Shown here piece by piece: positions 62,706 to 64,000 of a stretch of DNA of 64,000 nt. The notes under the pieces were generated by a model. That model was not told the DNA's origin and did no database searches. It saw only the letters and a program-made list of their open reading frames with translations. Position 1 is the stretch's first letter; the number at the start of each line of letters is the position of its first letter. Source of the stretch: Lytechinus pictus (lineage: Eukaryota). The DNA is taken from NCBI RefSeq assembly GCF_037042905.1, contig NC_087245.1, positions 6,016,001-6,080,000 of the forward strand. Reading direction: 5' to 3'. The translations under genes were made by a program, and so were the position numbers.

Positions 62706-64000
62706 TAATTTAATCAAATTCCCCAAATTCCCCAAACAAACAAATTCCCCAAACAAATATATATCAATGTCAAATATGGGCGTTTCTTAATCTAGAGGGG
62801 AAATTTAAAAAAAAAAGATATTCATGGTGTCGTGTGTACAGAGTGGGAGTTGGCCACTATAAATTGGTTTCTAGTGATTAGCTATAATTATAGAGCTCAA
62901 CTTCAGTGACATTAAAGTCAATTACAATGCCAAGTGGTCTCAACTTTCAGTTAACAATGACAGATCTTTGTTTTACTCTCGATCTTGTTAGTTTCATCTA
63001 TGGACATTCCCACGCAATCCTAGATATGCATATATCAGCAAACGATTGTTACTTGGTTACAGCATCCCGTGACTGCACTGTCAAGGCTTGGCATCTTCCA
63101 TCCCGACAGTTGATGGCGTCCTTTGACTGCAAATCAGCGATAAAGCACATAGATGTGGTTTACATCAATGAAGATCACTACCGTATAGCAGGAGAAAACA
63201 AAACTGGAACTATTCTCCTACTGGATCTGTTTCTCCCAAAAGCAGACAGGTCTGAAGCCTACTATCAATCACCAGTAATGTAATGAAAAATGTTAATAGG
63301 CCACCTTATTTTAATATTTGTATACATACATATGCTTTTAGATTTCTGTGATACATTACAACAAATTTCATTAATGATCGATGGAACAAGAACATCTTGA
63401 TCATCTATTCATATACTGTATTCCTGTAAATTAAATGCAAACAATAAAGGGTTACTGGATCCAAATTTAGAAAACATGTTATCAACAACAATCGCAAGAA
63501 GTCTGTGTAAAAAATAATCAAATGATGTGGCTTTAGTAGAGGAAGTGAACAGAGAAGTTGTGAAACAGGACTCTTATGCATGTAAACACTCCAGGATTGA
63601 AAAGAGAGATGGTTGATAAAATTGATAGTGAACTGATGACAATCTTGTTCATGGGTCGTTTTAAGATAAAATGGTGCATGATAATTTCATCTTTCTTTTC
63701 AGTCAGAAGTCAGAGTATGAATACTAGAAGCTTTAATGCACCACTTTTAAAGAAAAATCCAGAATCAATGTGTTCAAACATGAAGCTTAATTAAAACTTA
63801 CACCCGCTCTGATACCAAAATGGTGGCAAAATTTGAATGAAAAAAAAGTGCCATTGCATCCAGGGTTTTCTACATATTACATAAGTGAATAGGATTCAAA
63901 GTGGAGGTCTTATGAAACCAGCTCTTTTCAGCTGAAAAGCAGCTTTAATTACATATTTATGAAAAGCAATTACATCTTAGCTTTTTATCTATGATATAAG

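Larger units (their letters stand above)
47211..63283 (+). pseudogene. NWD1/NWD2-like DUF4062-NACHT-WD40 gene, 12 exons, ~1640 codons, disabled
   Basis: Exons 47211-47337, 49233-49434, 49956-50316, 51312-51459, 51752-52069, 52460-52697, 53103-55296, 55533-55795, 55893-56286, 57529-57702, 62318-62539, 62992-63283. Motifs VRIFLSSTFTDMKEERN, VDMRWG, KYGYRP, GVSGSGKT, LLLLDSID, WYHRQF, NLRKLQELP, many GH..WD repeats. Five lesions listed in findings. Confidence 0.9.

Noticed and set aside
63806..63817. GCTCTGATACCA resembling a tRNA-iMet PBS
   Set aside because: This is the plant-type PBS, with no adjacent LTR or retroelement ORF; likely chance.

Overview
Eukaryotic, AT-rich, repeat-dense animal DNA. 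The repeat families and gene types look echinoderm-like, probably sea urchin (inference only). Host genes: (1) a 10-exon minus-strand type-I membrane receptor (signal peptide-CUB-SRCR-like-WSC-Sushi-TM) whose tail ends in a canonical ITAM (14886-27265); (2) an intronless histamine-H3-like GPCR (31128-32336); (3) a 12-exon NWD1/NWD2-like DUF4062-NACHT-WD40 gene with five inactivating lesions (47211-63283). Mobile DNA: a near full-length CR1/L2-group LINE with ORF1 and PHD-APE-RT ORF2, two more decayed LINEs plus 3' fragments, several TIR elements with visible TSDs, tRNA-derived SINEs, and a young 9.1-kb Gypsy LTR element (37620-46762; LTRs differ at 3 of 1004 nt). The most unusual items are: a third Gypsy ORF in the env position encoding a two-C2H2-finger, RS-rich protein directly behind a strong splice acceptor; a dispersed repeat carrying a complete tRNA cloverleaf with a UCA (opal) anticodon; and the ITAM-bearing receptor. 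All gene models were assembled by eye from splice signals and reading-frame continuity, with no database searches.
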